From: Candidatus Poribacteria bacterium
Lineage (GTDB): Bacteria > Poribacteria > WGA-4E > WGA-3G
Direction: 5' to 3'
NCBI GenBank assembly: GCA_965214095.1
Contig: OZ243938.1
Coordinates: 4,768,001-4,832,000, forward strand
DNA length: 64,000 bases
Made by a program: the position numbers and the translations under genes. How positions within the stretch are numbered: the stretch's first letter is position 1; every line of letters starts with the position of its first letter. Below the pieces are notes generated by a model. It searched no databases. It was not told where the DNA came from and saw only the letters and a list, made by a program, of their open reading frames with translations. Of the stretch, positions 59,392 through 64,000 are shown piece after piece.

Positions 59392-61917
59392 CTATTTTCG
59401 TATGACCATTCGGCGTGTTGCTGTAAAATTCCCAGCAGTTAGTGTATAGAAATAGATGCCGCTTGCGACAGGTTCACCATGTTCATTGTTCCCGTCCCAA
59501 TATGCAGCGCGACTACGATTCTGGTATATCCCAGGGGATTGTTTACCCAATGCTATTGTCCGAATCAACTGTCCATCAGCAGAATAGATGTGTAATGTTA
59601 CATCCGTATGCACCGCCAACTGATACGGTATCCAAGTTTCAGGATTGAATGGATTTGGATAGTTAGCCAAAAGCAATGTCTTATCTGGACTCATCGCAGC
59701 TAATAGTTGCTTAAGAACTGCAATACCTATCTGGAATTTCGGTATATTCCTGTTGAGATGTTGTGCTTGAATTAACCATTGTTCAACTACTGCAGCATCT
59801 AATACTCTATCTGAATTAGTATAATTAGATGGTGCTGCATTCTCATTAGCAAGTGCAGCAGCAACTAATAGGATATCCGCGATATTGATAACGCCATCCC
59901 CATTGACATCAGCTGTATTGGAATTTCCGACTCGTCCAAATTGGGATGCAACAAAAATCAAGTCCTGAAGATTTATAATGCCATCACGATTCGCATCTTC
60001 AGCTATTTCTTGTGTTTCAACATCTTCACCAATTAACTGATTGTAATCCCAAAACAGAATAGTTCCATCTCTACTCCCACTTATTAGAGTTCTACCATCA
60101 GGACTAAAGTCAACTACGCCACCTCCATAAGTATGTGCTGTGATATTTGTAATCAATTCCGCATTAGTAACATCCCATATCTGTATGATCGAATCCTCCC
60201 AATTTCCACAGCTGACAAGTGTCTTCCCATCAATGCTAAATGTAAGTTCGTGTACCCCTTCAGTATGATTCGTCTGAATTACCTTCGCCTGCCCAGTTGC
60301 CATATCCCTTATGATAATCGTCCTATCATCACTTCCACTTGCAACAATACTGTCATCAGGACTTAATGCAATGGAATTGATTTTATCTGTATGTCCGGCG
60401 AAAGTTTCTAAATTTGTTCGGGAAGTAAAATCCCATAAACGTACTGTGCCATCATAACTACCACTAACAAGTGTGGGACTATCTCTAAAGAATGCAATTG
60501 AAGTTACCTCGTCAGTATGTCCTTTAAGCGCGTCTATATAGGTTCGTCCTTTATACCAAAAATGTATTGTATTGTCACAATGTCCAGATGCAATGTATTG
60601 TCCATCCGGACTAAAGGCAACTGAGGTATATCCGTCTGATGAAGTAGATGTACATCCCTGTCCATGTCCATGTCCAAACCACTGATAAATGGTCGTTATT
60701 TGTGTTTTGTTTGAAATATCCCAAAGGTGAATTGCCCCATAATCTATACTGGCAAGTGTGTTCCCATCGGGGCTGAAAACTAAATTAGTATGATGTGAGA
60801 GCCATCCACGTCCATATATCATCTGCTTGTATTCACCTGTGTTAGGATCCCACAAGTGGATGTTATCCCAATTTGAAGTGGCGAGGATATTACCGTTTGG
60901 ACCGATTGCTAAGCTTACAACCCCCTTTGTATGTCCAGAAATCGTTAACTTACGATCACCACTTGCTACATCCCACAGATACAGTTCATTACTCCCACCA
61001 CTTGCCAACGTTTTACCATCTGGACTAAATGCAATAGAAAAGAATCCCCACTGATGTTCACCAAATTTAGCAAGATGATTCCCTGTTTCCATGTCCCAAG
61101 AATGTAATCCTTCTTGACCACCAGTTACAAGTTTGTTTCCATCTGGACTTACAGCAAGTTTATGGAAGTCTGGAGTCCTGAAATTGAGGGTTCTTTTCCC
61201 AGCAGCAATATCCCAAAATTGGATAGAGTTTTCACTTCCACTTATAATTGTATTGCTGTCGGGAGTGAATACAAGCTCGCTAATATTGTACGCAAATCTG
61301 GACAATGTGGTTATATGTGAACCTGTAGCTACATCCCATAATTGAAAAACACAATCTTTTGAATCTTTACTAATGCTCGCAAGTTTTGTTCCATCTGGAC
61401 TCAAGACTACATCATATATCCAATCTGTTTCTAAATCAATAGAGGTCCTTAGCTCACCTGTGGTGAGATCCCACACACGTATTTCACTACCAATGTCACT
61501 TGCAAGTATATTCTCTTCAAGATTAAATCGCACATAATAGATATCAGAATTATCTCCTTGTAAAGTTGTTATGACACTACGATCTGATAAATTTCGGACA
61601 TTAACTGTATGGTCTACAGTTCTTTCTACATACATCCGTGCATCTGGACTTACGCCAATTATATTATTTGGATTCACTGGTATTAGATCCAGTTCCACAC
61701 CAGAATGTGCGTCATATATCCAATAACCAATGCTACCACCAACAATTAGTCGATTGCCATCATGTGAAAACCGTAAACTACCCACACCTCCCTTGCCAAT
61801 ACGTAACTTTGCACCTTCAGGCAAACTCCAGTTAGAATAATCTTCAGCAAAGGCACTTGAGGGAAGAAAAACAAGAATGGAAATACATAATGCGATTGAC
61901 AGTTGTAATGTTCTCAT
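59392..61917 (-). CDS. secreted WD40 + dockerin-like + FlgD-Ig/T9SS-like C-terminal domain protein
   Basis: Same architecture as its neighbours. Confidence 0.9.
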   Translation of the reverse strand: MRTLQLSIALCISILVFLPSSAFAEDYSNWSLPEGAKLRIGKGGVGSLRFSHDGNRLIVGGSIGYWIYDAHSGVELDLIPVNPNNIIGVSPDARMYVERTVDHTVNVRNLSDRSVITTLQGDNSDIYYVRFNLEENILASDIGSEIRVWDLTTGELRTSIDLETDWIYDVVLSPDGTKLASISKDSKDCVFQLWDVATGSHITTLSRFAYNISELVFTPDSNTIISGSENSIQFWDIAAGKRTLNFRTPDFHKLAVSPDGNKLVTGGQEGLHSWDMETGNHLAKFGEHQWGFFSIAFSPDGKTLASGGSNELYLWDVASGDRKLTISGHTKGVVSLAIGPNGNILATSNWDNIHLWDPNTGEYKQMIYGRGWLSHHTNLVFSPDGNTLASIDYGAIHLWDISNKTQITTIYQWFGHGHGQGCTSTSSDGYTSVAFSPDGQYIASGHCDNTIHFWYKGRTYIDALKGHTDEVTSIAFFRDSPTLVSGSYDGTVRLWDFTSRTNLETFAGHTDKINSIALSPDDSIVASGSDDRTIIIRDMATGQAKVIQTNHTEGVHELTFSIDGKTLVSCGNWEDSIIQIWDVTNAELITNITAHTYGGGVVDFSPDGRTLISGSRDGTILFWDYNQLIGEDVETQEIAEDANRDGIINLQDLIFVASQFGRVGNSNTADVNGDGVINIADILLVAAALANENAAPSNYTNSDRVLDAAVVEQWLIQAQHLNRNIPKFQIGIAVLKQLLAAMSPDKTLLLANYPNPFNPETWIPYQLAVHTDVTLHIYSADGQLIRTIALGKQSPGIYQNRSRAAYWDGNNEHGEPVASGIYFYTLTAGNFTATRRMVIRK

Positions 61918-61928
61918 AGCTATGTCTC

Positions 61929-63998
61929 CTATTTCCGTATCAACATTTTACGCGTTGCAGAATACTGACCGGCACTTAGCGTATAGAAATAAACGCCGCT
62001 CGCGACAGGTTCACCTATATCATTTTTGCCATCCCAATATGCCGCCTGCCCCTTGATTTGATACAGTCCAGCAGACCGTTCTCCAATATCTAAAGTCCGT
62101 ATCAACTGTCCTTCAGAAGAATATATCTCTATTGATACAGCCGATGACTCTGATAACTGATACGGGATCCAGGTTTCTGGATTGAATGGGTTTGGGTAAT
62201 TTGGAAGAAGTAATGTCTCTCTTGGGGTTATGGCTAATAGCATCTGTTCAAGAATGTGAATTCCTCTTCGAGATATTACATCCGTTGGGTTCAATTGTTG
62301 TGCTTGCCTCAACCAGTCTTGCAAATCGGCTTTGGTAGGTGATATGTAATAATCCCGGTTTGTTTCTATAGGAGCAGCTGCTACTTCATCCATAGCCCCC
62401 GCAACTATCAATAGATCCGCAATATCAACGATACCATCACCATTCACATCTGCTGCGTTAAAACCTGTTTGTCCAAAGTTACTTGCAACAAATACCAAAT
62501 CGGTAATGTCAACAACACCGTCACCATTCACATCAGCGTTATTTCTGTTTGGATTGATTATTGAATGATAGTTCCATATTAATATTGTTCCCCATTCGTC
62601 TAATGTTGCAAATGTGCTGCCATCTGGACTGAATTTGATTTGATGCACACCGTTGGGAATACCATGAATAGTCATTTTTTCCTTACCACTGACCACATCC
62701 CAAAATTTGATTGTTCTATCACCATCATTCCCAGTAGTGATGAGTGTTCTGCTATCTGGACCAAACACTGCATTGATTTGAGGATATCTACCAACATGTC
62801 CAGTGGCGATTGTCTTTATATCACCTGAATGAACATTCAATAAATGCACTTCATCACCACTACCACCCTTAACAATTGTTTGTCCATCTGGACTGTAGAC
62901 GACGTAGCTGTATGTCTGCCAGTAGGTAGTAAATGTCTTGATTAACCGTCTTGTTGCAATATCAAATAGATGTACTTCTGATTGATTACTCAATGCCAGA
63001 GTACTCCCATCTGGACTGAAAGCAACTCTAAAATTATCGTTCTGCTCGCCAGTTACCGTCCACAAAGAGTTACCAGTTGTAGTATCCCACAAAATGAATT
63101 TTGAACGGTCAGTACTTGCCAGTTTGTTATCTATCGGACTGAAGGTAAGACTCCCACCATAATCTCTGTGTCCAATAATAATTGACTTTTGTCTGCCAGT
63201 TTTTGCATCCCATAGCCTTATTGTATTATCACCATAATCCCATGCCCTATCAAAAGAGGTGCTTCCACTACTTGCTATCGTCAGTCCATCCCAACTGAAC
63301 GCTACAGAAACGACTTGTCCTCTGTGTCCGCGAAGTGTTGATACATTTCGTCCAGAAAAAATGTCCCATATACGAACAGTTGTATCCGAACAACCAGTAA
63401 CGATCTTCTTGCCATCAGGACTAAATGCTATACCAGCACCCCATGCAGTGTGTTCAGTAATGGTAGTTCTTTCCTTAAGACTCTCGGCATCCCACAAAAT
63501 CACAGTACCATCATAACTTGCACTTGCCAGAGTACGTCCATCAGGACTGAATTCAACACTGTTTATGGCATGTCTATGGGCAATCAAAGTTGTTTTATAT
63601 GTCCCACTGTCAACATCCCATAGACATACCGTATTATCATAACTACCACTTGAAAGTGACTTTCCATCAGCACTAAAGGAAACACTATTGACACTCTCAA
63701 CATGTCCCCTGAGAGTTGATTGCAGTGTCAATGAAGCAACATCCCAAATCTTAACTGTAGTGTCACCATAATCCCACCAACCTTGACAACTTGCGATTTT
63801 ACTTCCGTCTAGACTAAAGGCAATATCTTGAACACCCCATATCGCAGATTCTTCACTTGTTGTCAGAGTAGCTTCCAGTTCTCCGTTAGAGGAATTCCAA
63901 AATTTAATTATTGCAGTTTCATCATCTTCACCACCTGTTGCAAGTGTCTTGCCATCTGGACTGAAGACAATACAATTCACAGTATCGGTATGTGATTT
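61929..63998 (-). CDS. WD40 + dockerin-like + FlgD-Ig/T9SS-like protein, 5'-truncated by the window edge
   Basis: Same architecture; frame open to the end of the window. Confidence 0.9.
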   Translation of the reverse strand, partial: KSHTDTVNCIVFSPDGKTLATGGEDDETAIIKFWNSSNGELEATLTTSEESAIWGVQDIAFSLDGSKIASCQGWWDYGDTTVKIWDVASLTLQSTLRGHVESVNSVSFSADGKSLSSGSYDNTVCLWDVDSGTYKTTLIAHRHAINSVEFSPDGRTLASASYDGTVILWDAESLKERTTITEHTAWGAGIAFSPDGKKIVTGCSDTTVRIWDIFSGRNVSTLRGHRGQVVSVAFSWDGLTIASSGSTSFDRAWDYGDNTIRLWDAKTGRQKSIIIGHRDYGGSLTFSPIDNKLASTDRSKFILWDTTTGNSLWTVTGEQNDNFRVAFSPDGSTLALSNQSEVHLFDIATRRLIKTFTTYWQTYSYVVYSPDGQTIVKGGSGDEVHLLNVHSGDIKTIATGHVGRYPQINAVFGPDSRTLITTGNDGDRTIKFWDVVSGKEKMTIHGIPNGVHQIKFSPDGSTFATLDEWGTILIWNYHSIINPNRNNADVNGDGVVDITDLVFVASNFGQTGFNAADVNGDGIVDIADLLIVAGAMDEVAAAPIETNRDYYISPTKADLQDWLRQAQQLNPTDVISRRGIHILEQMLLAITPRETLLLPNYPNPFNPETWIPYQLSESSAVSIEIYSSEGQLIRTLDIGERSAGLYQIKGQAAYWDGKNDIGEPVASGVYFYTLSAGQYSATRKMLIRK

Positions 63999-64000
63999 AA

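Noticed and set aside
1-64000. Genome-wide UGA reassignment (genetic code 4 or 25)
   Set aside because: Many complete genes end in TGA (e.g. 12198, 25992, 45207, 47209, 53994) and long ORFs otherwise lack internal TGA

Overview
About 64 kb of bacterial chromosome, standard genetic code (many ordinary genes end in TGA). The gene content points to Candidatus Poribacteria or a relative, by inference: WD40 + dockerin-like + 'NYPNPFNPETWIPYQL' proteins, a LamG protein ending 'VEPQGKLTTTWADIK', and several PhyH dioxygenases and enolase-superfamily dehydratases. It holds catabolic and housekeeping genes (3-hydroxyproline dehydratase/reductase pair, PhnY/PhnZ, L-fuconate dehydratase, prs, gpmI, alr, mazG, pduO, potBC). 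A compositionally skewed island at about 12.2-20 kb carries a degenerate Prim-Pol-like protein, a single-chain restriction-modification enzyme and a RelE/HigB toxin-antitoxin pair, and there are many REP/MITE-like intergenic repeats. The main result is two genes that the ORF track splits at in-frame TGA codons lying at cysteine-type positions and followed by hairpins, i.e. probable selenoproteins. One is a rhodanese-MoeB fusion (44020-45207) with TGA at the conserved VPSC cysteine. The other is a signal-peptide-bearing, His-rich outer-membrane beta-barrel (24937-25992) with two TGAs forming a UxxU motif at the mature N-terminus. No selA/B/C/D genes were recognised in this window, so selenocysteine decoding is inferred, not shown.
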